Assembly: GCA_013239625.1 (NCBI GenBank)
Contig: MU054098.1
Location: forward strand, 1,209,568-1,273,567
Direction: 5' to 3'
DNA length: 64,000 bases
Source: Lama guanicoe
Taxonomy: Eukaryota
Notes under the pieces: model-generated
Databases searched by the model: none
What the model was told of the DNA's origin: nothing
Seen by the model: only the letters and a program-made list of their open reading frames with translations
Translations under genes and position numbers: made by a program
Shown here: piece after piece, positions 43,025 to 56,070 of the stretch
Position numbering within the stretch: position 1 is the stretch's first letter
Layout: the number at the start of each line of letters is the position of its first letter

Positions 43025-43513
43025 TTTTGAAGTATAGTTGATGTACAGTATTATATTAGTTTCAGCTGTACAGCACAGTGATTCAGTACTTTTACAGATT
43101 AGACTCCATTAAAAGTTATTACAAGATAATGGCTATATTCCCTGTGTTAGCCAATATATCCTTGCTTATCTTTTCCTTTTATTGAAGTATAGTCAATTTA
43201 CAATGTTGTGTTGATTTCTGGTGCACGGTATGATATTTCAGTCAACACATACATACATATATTCATTTTCAGATTCTTTTTCATTATAGGTTACTACAAA
43301 ATATTGAATATAGTTCCCTGTGCTATACAGTAGAAACTTGTTGGTTATCTATTTTATATATAATAGTATCTGCAAATCTAGAACTCCCAGTTATCCCTTC
43401 CCACCCCCTTTCTCCACTGGTAACCATAAGTTTGTTTTCTATGTCTGTGAGTATGCTTCTGATTTGTAAAAAAGATAATTTGTGGGGATTTTTTGTTTTT
43501 TTAGATTCCACAT
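43025..43513 (-). mobile_element. Two adjacent truncated L1 3' ends
   Basis: tttttttgaagtatagttgatgtaca (43022) and ttttattgaagtatagtcaatttacaatg...tttagattccaca (43177-43513). Confidence 0.85.
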
Positions 43514-44757
43514 TATCCTTGCCATTGCTGTTGGTCTGATGTTGAGGCCAACGTTCTGATACGATGCAATGTGGAAAGAAAGAAATACAGTGATTAAAAA
43601 TAACTTATTAATGTAAAAAATTTTAAAAATTCAGTAAAAAGCCTAAAATAATCAAAGTGGGAAAACGCCTATGCAAAACCAGATTAAGATTAGCATTATT
43701 CATTTGCAGAAGATAAAGGTGTATGTGCTAAGAAGGCTGGAGTGACTGAGTAAAATTGGGGAAGTGGGTATGAATGCAATTTACCAAATCATGAAATGAT
43801 TTAACTGAAAAAATTGTTAAAGCATTTAACTAAGAGAAGGATAGAGCTTGATCTGCAGGTTATATATCAGTTCCTGCCTATTTGTCCCTGTTCAGCAGTT
43901 GATTCTCTATGTACTCAAATGTAATTATTTTAAAGCTTTTTAGTAATGTAATTATTTTAAAACTTTTTTAGCTTAAATGTAATTATTTGAAACTTTTTAG
44001 CATGCTAATAGAGTAAGAATGTAAGTTTTATGAGGTAGCGCCATTTATAATTTGCTTCATCTGCAGTGGCTTGCACAATACCTGGGACAAAGAAGTCAAT
44101 ATTTATCGACCCAATGAAAGAGGATTTCTCCAAATAACTAAGAAAACAGGCTATCTTTGCCTGTGTTCTCTTCTATCCATGAGTTTGTATTATGAAATCA
44201 AAACTAACTTCCATTCTGCGGAATCCAACATGATTTTTCTTCACACATTATCCCTCCACCTCTTTCCCTCTGCTCCTCAATATTCTAGTTCTCTCTCTCT
44301 CTCACACAGAGTCCATCTTTTGTCTTTATTAATTCATCATATAGTCACTATTTTATCCTGATAGGACAATGATAATGGAAGAAGTTCAAAATCTCTTTTA
44401 GGAGATTACAGAATTATAGTTCTCACTGCCTGCTGAAGTTTAATAAGCACCCTGATGGTAGCTAAATACACCCAGAAGCCTCCTCACTTGCTCAGTGATT
44501 TCTGCTTGCCTGAGTTTGGTGGCTGTCTAGTGCATACCCACTTGCTTATCATCAGGTAGATTATTTATCTCACATCCCATTTTATTTACCCAGTGTTGTG
44601 AGTAAGTTGATGACTTGGTTTCTGATTGTTCCCTAAAACCAAAGCTTTACTGTTCATCCCAGCATCCTTAACTCTAATCCAAACAGAGAGCTCAAGCCCT
44701 CCTTCATGCACACCACTTAGAGGTTTAATGTTCTTGCTCTGTCACAACTCTTAGTAA

Positions 44758-44942
44758 AACCGGTGGCTTTCAACCCTGGCTGTACATTAGAAGCTCCTTA
44801 TTTGCGGGAGGGGGGGTAGCTTTAGACACCCTAACTCTACCCGGGACAAACTGAATGACAATCTCTGGTTGTGGGGTTTAGCATCATCTTTCAAAGTTCC
44901 GCAGATGATATTCCCATGCAGCCAAAGATTGAGGAGCACTGA
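44758..44942. mobile_element. MER5A-like hAT element
   Basis: gtggctttcaaccctggctgtacattagaa...gatgatattcccatgcagccaaagattgag. Confidence 0.65.
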
Positions 44943-45849
44943 GCTGAATTCTCGTGCTCCTTCACTCCACTAACCACATGGGAACACTCGCATGGAGAAG
45001 CCAGCCAGGATGGGGCCAGAGCTCAGCACCCTCCTTCGGCACTGTATTTGGCACTGCCTCGCCCCTCAGCCGCATTAGTGCGCTAGCTCCGTCACTGCCT
45101 GCCCACAGTGTCCTCTCTCTTCCGTACAGATACACGAGCAACTGAGGCCACATCACTTATGGCAAAATGTACTGTTTTACTAGTTAAAGATTTTACTGTT
45201 TCCCTTTAGTAACAAGCTTGCTTTATTTTCTCAAACTCTTTCAAATGGACTCTCTTTTTAACCAGATAGCTTAAAAATAAGTTATAAACAGAAAATTAAG
45301 CTGAGGATAAACTGGATTAATGGCTAGAGCATAATTTATAGCTGTGGAAGGTACAATTTGGAAAGAAAAATGGTCACGGTAAAATATGTTGCCAAAGCAA
45401 TTTCTATGACTGGAATATTTATCAAATATAGTCCACCAAACTATTGATAACAAGAACTGAAGATAAAATGAAGATCTTCATTTGGAACCTGCCTAAATTT
45501 AACTGCAGTTTTTATTTGATTTAAAATACAGAGGTAATACAGCTTATGCTGAAAACAGGTGGCTGAGAGATATGCTGTATATGAGAATGAAATAAGGAAT
45601 ATTGATATATGAAAGTTGTTTACTCTGTTTTCATTTCTCTGGACAAACATTTTCAGGAAGAATAATGCGTTATACTACGTTTACTGCCTACCAGTCTCAG
45701 CTCCAGCATCTTAGCATTAAGGTACCTTGTCAATTTAAAACAATAACGTCAACAACAACAACAAACTAAACCAGTAACAATAGGACACTGCTCTTTGAGA
45801 AACTCCTGATAGCGAGATTCAACAAATGGAAAAACAAAACATAGCAAAA

Positions 45850-47160
45850 CCAAAGACACATAGACCAATGGAACAGAACAGAGAGCCCAGAAATAAACCC
45901 TACACTGAAGTCAAGTAGTCTTTGCCAAACGTGCCAGGAACACACAATGGGGAAAGGTTAGTCTCCTCAATAAATGCTGTTGGGAAAACTGGACATTCAC
46001 ACGTAAAAGAATAAAATTAGATCCTTAACTCACACCATACATACGTAAAAGAATAAAATTAGACCCTTAACTCACACCATACACAGAAACTACTCAAAGC
46101 TGATTGAAGACTGAAATAAAACGTAAAACCTGAAACCATCAAACCCCTGGGACAAAACAAAGGGAAGCACTTCTCGACGTTGCTATTGGCAGTGATTTAT
46201 GGGTATGACCCCAAAAGCACAGGTACCGAAAGCGAAAATAGACACTTGAGATTTTATGAAATTAAAATGCTTCTGCACGGTAAAGGAAACAATCAACAGA
46301 GTGAACAGACAATATACAGGATGCGAGAAAATATCTGCAAACCATCGATCTGATAAGGTGTTTATATCCAAAATATCTAAGGATCTCCTACAACTCAACA
46401 GCAATAAAACAAATGACCTGGTTAAAAAATGGGCAAAGGGCATGAATAGACAATTCTTAAAAGAAAACATACCAATGGCCTACAGGTACATAAGACGGTG
46501 CTCAACATCACGAATCATCAGGGAAATGCAAATCAAAACCACAATGAGATATCACCTCATACCTCTTAGAATGGCTATCATCAAAAAGATAAGAGAGAGC
46601 AAGTGTTGGTGAGGATGTGGAGGAAAGAGACCCTTGCACACTGTTGGTGGGAATGTAAGTTGGATCAGCCACTATGAAAAGCGGTATAGACGTTCTTCAA
46701 CAAATTAAAAATAGAACTACCAAATGATCCCACAATCCCACTTCTGGGCATTTATCTAAAGGAAATGAAATCACCATCTTGAAGAAACATCTGCACCCCC
46801 ATGTTCACTGCAGCATTATTCAAATTGGCCAGGACATGGAAACAAACTAAGTGCCCATTAACAGATGAATAGATGATGAAAATGGATAAAGAAAAAATAT
46901 ATATATAGTGGAATATTATTCAGCCATAAAACGAAGGACATTTCTGACAATATAAATGGACCTGAAAAGTCAGGCAAAGACAGTGTATGATCTCACTCAC
47001 ATGTTGAACCCTAAGAAAGTTGAACTCATAGAAGTAGGGAGTAGAATGCTGGTTGTCAGAGGCTGGAGGCAAAAGAAATGAGAAGATGCTTATCAAATAG
47101 TACAAATTTTCAGTTATAAGATAAATAATTTTGGAGCTCTAACGTACAGCATGGTGCATC
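45850..47160 (+). mobile_element. L1 ORF2 3' end and 3'UTR, unusually CpG-rich
   Basis: ORF 46256-46612 KLKCFCTVKETINRV...[13 protein letters not shown] is the L1 ORF2 C-terminus. Confidence 0.92.
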
Positions 47161-47162
47161 AC

Positions 47163-48706
47163 TCAAATTGGCCATTTTAACAATATTAATTCTTTCAATC
47201 CAAGAGCATGGGTTATCTTTCAATTTCTTTAAGTCATCTTGAATTTCCTTAATCAATGTTTTGTAGTTCTCTGCGTGTAAGTCTTTTACCTCCTTGGTCA
47301 GGTTTACTCCTAAGTATTTTGGGTTTTTTGATGTGATTTTACTTATTGTTTTTTTTACTGTCCTTTTCTGATATTTCATCGTTAGTGTAAAGAAATGCAA
47401 CTAATTTCTGTATGTTAATCCTGTACCCTGCTACTTTGACAAATTCTTTTATTAGCTCTAGTATATTTTGTGTGGAGCCTTTAGTGTTTTCTAATATAGT
47501 TTTATATGATCCACATATAGTGACAGTTTTACTTCTCTTTCAAATTGGATATCTTGCATTTCTCTTTCTTACCTGATTTCTACGGCTAGGACTTCCAATA
47601 CTATGTTGAATAAAAGTGGTAAGAGTGAGCATCCTTGTCTTATTCCAGATTTTAGTGGGAAGGCTTTCAACTTCTCACCATTGAGTATTACGTAGGCTGT
47701 GGGTTTGTCATAAATAGCTTTTATTATGTTGCAATATCTTCCCTCTGTACTCGCTTTGGTAAGAATTTTTATCATAAATGGGTGTTGAATTTTATCAAAT
47801 GCTTTTTCTGCATCTATTGAGATGAACATGTGATTTTTGTCCTTTCTCTTGTTGATGTGGTATATATTGTTGATTGATTTGCTTATTTTGAACCATCCTT
47901 TCGTGCCTGGGATAAATCCAACTTGATCATAGTGTATGATCTTTCTTATGTGTTGTTAGATTATGTTTGCTAATTGTTGAGGATTTTTGCATCTGTGTTC
48001 ATCAACAATATTGGCCTGTAGTTTTTCTTTTTTGGTAATGTCTTTGTCTGGTTTTGGTATCAGGGTGATGGTGGCTTCACAGAATGAGTTTGGGAGTATT
48101 CCCTCCTCTTCAATCTTTTGGGGGAATTTGAGAAGGATCGGTATGAGCTCTTCTTTGAATGTTTGGTAGAATTCCCCAGTGAAGCCATCTGGTCCTGGTC
48201 TTTTGTTCACAGGGAGGGTTTTTTTTTTCTTAATTGCTGATTCTATTTCAGTTGCAGTGATTGGTCTGTTCAAGTGATCTACTTCTACTTGATTCAGTTT
48301 GGATGGTCTGTATATTACTAGAAACTTGTCCATTTCTTCTAGGTTGTACAATTTTGTTTTTTTTTTATTTCTGTGGTGTTGGTTGTAATTTCTCCATTTT
48401 CCTTTCTTATTTTGTTTATCTGGGTCCTCTCTCTCTCTTCTTCTTGGTGAGCCTGGCCAGAGGTTTGTTGATTTTGTTTACTCTTTCAAAAACCAACTCT
48501 TGGTTTGATTTTTTCTATTTTTTTTTAATCTCTATTTTATTTATTTCCTCCCTGATCTTCATTATTTCTTTCCCTTCTGCTAACTATTTAGGTTCTGTTT
48601 GGTCTTCTTTTTCTGATTCTTTAAGTGTTAGGTTAGGTTGTTTATTTGTGATTGTTCTTGTTTTTTTAAGGAAGACTTGTATCACTATGAGCTTCCCTCT
48701 TAGGAC
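47163..48706 (-). mobile_element. L1 ORF2 internal fragment (RT region), truncated at both ends
   Basis: ORFs [80 protein letters not shown]. Confidence 0.96.
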
Positions 48707-50023
48707 TGCACAGATCTTACTGAGATGAAAAGAGCTCATAGACAATAAAAGGTTTCAGTTTAGAGTCAGATCTAAAAAAATTAAGATCTGAGAATTTAAA
48801 ATTCCAAAAAGGCAGTAACTTTGGTTTGGGAACCCCAAAGCCTAGATACAGTAGGGCCAACTCTGTATTCCAAATCCAACAGCCAAAGCAAGGCTTTCCT
48901 AAGCCCATTTTATCTTGTCATTTTCACTGTCCAAATTGACCCCCTCCCTCTAGAACATGTACTTCAGGCAGGAAAATCATCAGTCCCTACGAGTCAGACA
49001 CCTAATTTGTATGAGCTTATTAATAAACCAAAAAATACTTCTCCATGTGACAAATACCTCTCGTTTTATCTCATTTCCCTTTTTCCAGAGACTCCAATAA
49101 GCAAAAAGAAAAAATCATCACTTATAGAGAAACGTTTTGTTTCCAAAACTTCAAAGAGTTTCAGTGCACAAACCAGCAATGAATATGTATCCCACTAAAC
49201 TGTATGAGTGTGAACAGTTTTCCCTTTAAAATCTATGAAATTACAAGCATATAACAATTTATATTCATTTTTATCATGCACTCAGATGCTACAGCCACAA
49301 AATACAATGCCATTTGTTAAAATCACCCTCCCTCTTTGATCTCATTGCAAGTCTACTCAAACACCTCGCAGTAAATTTAGCAAGTAAGAATTAATATGGG
49401 GCTGAAGTGGCTGTTGCAGCAGTGACAGCAGCAAGGCTGGAATGGTTTCATTTTTTTTCTCTTCTGGTTTATCTAAAGCTTTGCCCCAGCCCTATGAACT
49501 CGTTTAACCTTTTTTCATATTACTTGAAGAAGAGAGCAATTCAGATCTTTAATATTTTTGATCCACTTATAGCTCAACTTTAGGATTTTTTTCAGTTATG
49601 TCCCCTGCCACCTGGAGAAGAGAACAATCACAAACTACTTTTTATTGACTTTTCCCCATCTAAAGCCTATTTTGGGGAAGGTTTGGGTCCTTTCCCCTCC
49701 CACCTGGAAGAAAACAAAAACCAAAGGTATCACCTGAGCTGGCTTTTCCCTTCACCTTAGCTAGCAAAGCCAGAAGCATCTGGGGGATCCAGGGAGACAA
49801 CTCTCCTGGGGTTGGTTCTATCATTTTGAATTCCATAGGTAACTTTTATCTTTCAGCAACAGCAGCAACTCAGCTCCTGTTTCATACCATGTATGATCCC
49901 ATAACCACCCAGAGACCAGGGTTTTGCCATCCTTCACCTCTCTCACTTTCTTTCCCCCAAATAGCTCTGTAGTCATATTTCATGAGTCAGGGTCATTCTA
50001 GTGAATTCCACCACAGTCTATGG

Positions 50024-50510
50024 TGTGTCGGGGGTTCCCAAGACCACTCCTACATTCCCAGATTCAATACAAGGAATCCTGGGACTCAGTATACCATTTC
50101 CCTCACAGCTAAAACACATGCAAGTGATGTAGTAAGGTTACACAGCCCCATCAGAAGGAAAAAAGGCAGAAGAGGAGTCTGGAGGAAGCCAAGTATATGC
50201 TTCCTTATTCTTTCTCCCTATTATGAGGGGCCACACAGACTGCTTCCTCCAGCAGTGAAAATGCAGCAGTATGTGTGTAATGTTTCTGTTTAGGGAAACA
50301 AACCCAGTTCCAGATTTTTACTGGATGCTGATCACTTAGGTAGCCCCTGCCTAGTACATACTAATATCAGACTCCCAGAAGGAAATTTTATCATTTACAC
50401 CAACAGTCTAGATATAGTGAATTATACTTATTTAGGAATTATTTTTATCAGCATGAAGAACTGTTTACTAGTCAAGTCTCAGACACCAACCAAGGATCAA
50501 CCTTATGTCA
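50024..50510. mobile_element. MER21-like LTR fragment
   Basis: tgtgtcgggggttcccaagaccac...cagactcccagaaggaaa...cagacaccaaccaagg. Confidence 0.6.
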
Positions 50511-50539
50511 ACCTCTTCCTTCCCTTCCTCCTTTCCTTT

Positions 50540-51455
50540 CTTGTGTTAAAATTCACATGCCATGTAACTCACCCATTTAAAGTATACGATACAATGGTTT
50601 TTAGTATTTTCAGAGTACTACAACCATCACTAAAATCAATTTTAGAAAATTTTCATAGCCTTCAAAAGAAACCCCTTACCCATTAAGCAGTCACGCCTTA
50701 CTCCGTCCAACCTCTAGCCCTAGGCAAGCACTAATCTAGCTTCTATATCTATGGATCTGCCTATTCTTGATATTTCATATAAACTCGACCATACCATATG
50801 TGACCTTTTGTGTCTCGCTTCTTCAAATTAGCACCATGTTGTCAAGGTTGATCAGGTTGTAGTATGTACCAGAACTTCATTATTCTCATGGCTGAATAAT
50901 ATTCCATTGTATGTATATACCACATTTTAAAAATCTGTTCATTAGTTACAGACATCTGGGTATCTTCCAGTTTTTGGCTATTGTGAATACTGCTAAGAAC
51001 ATCCCTGCAAACATTTTTGTTTGAACACCTGTTTTCAGATCTTTTGGGTACATATCTAAGTGTAGAATTGCTGGGTCATATGGTAATTCTGGGTCTAAGC
51101 TTTTGAGGAACCACCAAACTACTATTCACAGCAGCTTCACTATTTTACATTCTCACTGGCAATTTATGCATGTTCAAATTTCTCCACTTCCTTGCCAACA
51201 CTTGCTGTTTTTTTATTTATTTATTTTTTAAATAGCCATTCTAGTGAATGTTAAGGGGTATCTCACTGTAGTCTTGATTTGCATTTCACTAATGACTACC
51301 GATGTTGAGCATTTTTTCATGTGTTTATTGGCCAATTTTATATCTTCTTTGGAGAACTGTCTATTCAGATCTCTTGTCCTTTTAAAAATTTGGGTTGTCT
51401 TTTTATATTTTAAACACAAGTCTCTTATCAGATATATGATTTATAAATATATTTG
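50540..51455 (-). mobile_element. L1 (L1MB-like) 3' end
   Basis: KQFSKEDI-type ORF2 remnant ([21 protein letters not shown]...MQIKTTVRY) and antisense 3'UTR. Confidence 0.88.
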
Positions 51456-53514
51456 GATGAACAGTAGAGGTCATGGCAAATCCAGAGCAAGTGTCCTGGT
51501 ATTTATTGTTAGTGACCCTCTTGGCTCCTGACCTCTCTTTGTTTAGGGAAAGATGCATTTTTCCATTTGTTCAGTGCCTGCTTTCTTCGCCTCCATATAT
51601 CAGGGAAGCAACCTGGCTTCTAATAAAATCTGTGAGATCTCAGCAGGATTCGCAGAGTGATTGAAATACACACCAAATGCAGGAACAGAGAGTTCCTAGC
51701 GTGTACAATCCATTTCTTCACTACTTCCTAGAATTTGCCACAGCTTTAGGAAGAGTAAGGATCCTTCTGCCATAGGTAAGGTCTTGAATGAGAGATTACA
51801 GAGGTCCTGGAGTGGGTCTAGGAAATGCCCATATTAAAGAAGCAATACATATTTATTGCACCTATATAAATATGTAGAAAAACTATAAAATATGGGCTTT
51901 CACCCCTTCTTTTCCTATTCCTCAACTGAAATTTAAATCTCAGCAAATAAGATCTTGAAAACACAAGTAGAAAATTGACTTTATGCTGCAGAATAAGTAC
52001 ATCTTTAATATTTGAAAATGAATTACACTGAATAGAAAATTTTAGTATTATGCCAACCTTCCCTGCTCACATATGCACTGTGACTTCAAAATGTGATTAC
52101 AAGGCTAATTGGAACGAAACTGAAGTCAAATACAACTTTTGCTTGATTGATGTCAACCAGATTAGAGGAAGATAGCCAACTCTGTCTATTAAACTTTATT
52201 TAATCTTTGGTAGCATGAAGTTTTGTAGGTCTCAGTCAGTCAGCACTTCTTTTTATTTTACCTTCATGACCTATAAAAGGAATATACATTGAGTTTTGGG
52301 TCCCTTAAGTGAAACGTATTGGATAATACATTACTTGACCTTAAGGTAATGAGATTCAAAATAAAATTGCAAGTAAAAGGTGAAAATTAAAATGAAGTAT
52401 GAAAACTTGGCTCACTGAAGTGAATACTGTTTTTCACTGTAAGTGTCAAACTTAAGGGCTGAAAAGTAAGTAAAAATTGAAGGTAATGCCTGGAGCTATA
52501 AGCTAAAATTAATGTTGCCCAACAGAACTAGGAATCTCCGCCTCCATATGTGTATTACAGATTTTAAGAAATAGATGTAAAATATAATCAAAATATTTTA
52601 AGGTTATAGTGATATTTTTCATCTTCTTAGTATTACTACCAAAGAAAACACCTATAGCTGGTCCTAATAGTAAAAGAGTAGCCTCTATCCATCGGCTGCA
52701 AAAAACTGTGAAAATGCCACTTTTGAACATTACAAAATGGGGTTTTACAAGAGTTTTAATATTCAAAGTTTACCAGCAAAGACCTTATCAACACTTTATG
52801 GAGAGGAAGAAAAAAACTGAGTTCTAAATAAGACCCCTTCTCCTCAAAAAAAAAAAAAAAAACCCAAAAAACAAAAAACAAAACCACACACACAGACTGT
52901 TGCCTACTAAAAAGCAATGAAAACTAAACAATGTGCCTCATTTGCCTTGGAGGAAATTTACCATAAACACATAGAATGAAAATATCAACCATGTGGGTGC
53001 TATTAGTTTTTTTTAAATTAGCATTTATTGAGCATTTATTATATGTAGACAAATTGCAATTTAGCTTGCATATAATATTTTTTATTTTTAAATTTATTCC
53101 TCGTAACAATCCTGTGGGGTAGGTATTGTTAATATCTTTCACTTTTCAGATGTGAAAATAGAACTTTAGAGTAATTAAATAACTTGCTTAGTATCTTCTT
53201 AAATGGCAAATACAGGATTCAAGTCTAGATCACCATGGCACCAGAGAACAAGTTCTTAAAGATAACACACTCCAGTATTCATATTCCAGCATTACATGCT
53301 TCATTCTAGGGTGACACTGACTATGGAGGGAGTCACAAAATTAAAATGAAAATCATCTTTGAATCAGGAATGCTTTGCATAAACCACATTTTATGGTCAA
53401 GAGGTACACATAAAGATTTTTTTTCTCTTCTTGGATCTGCCAGTATTTCCTAGTGTTTATATAGGTCTCTCTATAATTTCCTACAATTTTGAGATAAATT
53501 TGGCATCAGTAAAC

Positions 53515-55230
53515 CACGTATTTTTAAAGGGCACATTTGATAAGTTTTGACATATGCATACACCTGTGAAATCATCAACACATTCAAGATAATGAGCATT
53601 TTAATTATCCCCCTGGATTTCCTCATGCCTTTTTTTTAATCCATCCCTCCCTGCATTATCTCTTCCCTCTACTACAGTCCTTAAGCAACTACTGATCCTT
53701 CTTTCATTCTAGATTAGTTGGCATTTCCTGGACCTTAACACCAATGGGATCATACAGTGTATACTTTTTAGGGGGTATGTGACTTCTTCCAAAAGCAACA
53801 ATTTTGAGATTTATCCAAGTTGTTGACTGTGTTAGTCGTTTGTTCCGTTTAGATGCCAAATACTATTCCACTGTGTGGATATGCCATGATCCATCTACGT
53901 GTTGATGAACATTTGCATTGTTTCTAGTTTGGGGTATTACAAATAAAAACAGTTATGGACATTTGGATACAAGTTATTGCATGTACATCTTGGATAAATA
54001 CCTTGAAGTGAACTGGCAGGTGTATAGTTAACTATTTAAGTAACTGCCAACCTTTTCAAAAATGGCCATACTATGTTCCTACCAACAGTATAGGAGAGCC
54101 TCAGTTACTTTTTATTGTCAACAACAGTTTATATGTTCTGGTTTTTGTTTGTTTTAGACATTCTAATAATGGGTGTTATGGGTGTTGTTTTGTTTCATTT
54201 TGTTTTGGTATCACATTGTGAATTAAACTTAAATTTCAATGATAACTAATAATACAAACTTTTTAATATGCTTATTAGTCATTCACAGATCTTGTGAACT
54301 GAGTATTTACATCTTTCATCCATTTTTACTGGATTATTTTTTGTTTTGCTATTTAGTTGTAAGAGTTCTTTATTCTGGATACAGGTTCCTGTTTCTGCTT
54401 TGTAAATAAGTTTGTCTGTCTTTTTTTTTTTTTTTTTTAATACCACAACTCCTTTATCCAGTCAACAGTTTTAGGTGTTACATGATCCATTTAGATTTAA
54501 CTGTTGCATTTGGCATAAGGTAATGGTCCATGTTCATTTATTTCCATATGGGTATCCAGATGAATAATTACCACTTGTTGAAAAGACTTTCCTTTCCTCA
54601 TTGAATTGCCTTGGCGTCTTTATCAAAATTGATAGATAATGTATATGTGTGGGTTTATTTCTGGACTTTGTATTCTGTACCATTGAACTATATGTCTGTA
54701 TGTCTGTCATTTCAACAATGCCAAAGTGCCTAGATTAATACAGATTTATAGTATGTCTTATAATCGGATAACATAAGTCCTCCCACTTTTTTCTTTTTTT
54801 GAAAAAAATGTCTTTGGTTATTCTAGACCTTTTGCATTTCCGTATAATTTTAGCATCAGCTTGCCAGTATGTTTTTTTAAAAAGCCTGCTGAATTTTGTG
54901 TGTGTGTGTGTGTGATTACATTTAATCTATAGATCAATTCAGGAAAAACTGCCATCTTAAAATGTTGTTTTTCTATTTATAAACATGTTATATCTCTCCA
55001 TTTATTTATGCCTTTGAAAATTTCTTTAGCAATGTCTTACAGTTTGTAGGGTGGAAATCTTGGACATCTTTTGTTAAAATAATTCATAAATATTGTATAT
55101 TTTGATGCTACTATAAATAGACATTTTACTTACTGCTGGTATATAGGAATACAATGGATTTTTAATATTAATATACATATTCAGGTCTAATTTAGAACAC
55201 ATTGCTAAATTCACTTATTTATTATATGAT
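53515..55230 (-). mobile_element. Old L1 (L1MD/ME-like) 3' part
   Basis: taagttttgacatatgcatacacctgtgaaa...ccacttgttgaaaagactttcctttcctcattgaattgccttgg. Confidence 0.8.
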
Positions 55231-55259
55231 GTCTTTCCTGTTTAAAGAATAAAAATCTC

Positions 55260-56070
55260 TTTTAACCACAGTTCCCTTCACCTACCTGTTTTCTCCCCTT
55301 CATCATCAAAGTTCTTTTAAAAATGGAAAGTTTCTTGTTTCCACATCACCTCACATTTATCTCTCAATGAATTCTAACCTGCTTTACTCCCGCAACAATC
55401 TGAGATTCCCACATCTCTTCACTGCAATTCTAACACCATAGCTATCAAGGTTCTTATATTTTTGCATTATACAATAGCACCTTTTATTGCTGTTTGACCT
55501 CACATCCATTTTTAACACTGATGATGTTTAATGTACCATTTTTCTGGTTTAATTTCTACTTCTCTAGCAACTTCTTTTTATCTTCTCTGTGTGAGTGTTT
55601 TCCATTGCTCAGTATTTCAAATTAGGAATCCTGTGTTTGGCCCTCCTCCCACATCACACACTCCTCTTGGGTAATTTCACACAATTCTCTGACTCCAGTT
55701 ATCATTGATATATTGATGACTTTGATACCTCCACCTCCAGGCTAGATCTCTCTACTGAAATCTAGATCAAAACCAAACATCATTTCTTAGTCTGGTAAAT
55801 TGCTTCTCAGAGGACAAAAACTAACATAGAAAAAGAAACCTGAGTTTCATTCTTGATTGCGAATATCCAATCTGTTGTCAAATTATCATTTTATCTCCTT
55901 AATGTTTCATAAACTGTCTACTTTGTTCCCACTCTTACTGAAACTCAGGCCAATATCATCTCTCACTAGAACACAGTCTTGACCATTATGCTGGCCTCCA
56001 TTCTTGTAACACTCAATGCAGTATTTACACCATGTCCAGAATGATATTTTTAACACAAGTCTAATCATGA
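55260..56070 (+). mobile_element. L2 fragment
   Basis: gctgtttgac, gatatattgatgactttg...ctccaggctagatctctc, atccaatctgttgtcaaa. Confidence 0.55.

Noticed and set aside
46256..48351. RT-like ORFs as an active or novel retroelement
   Set aside because: Ordinary L1 ORF2 fragments broken by stops and frameshifts.
51732..51775. 44-nt plus-strand segment flanked by ttcctag and gtaagg
   Set aside because: Isolated motif pair with no partner exons or recognisable coding content.
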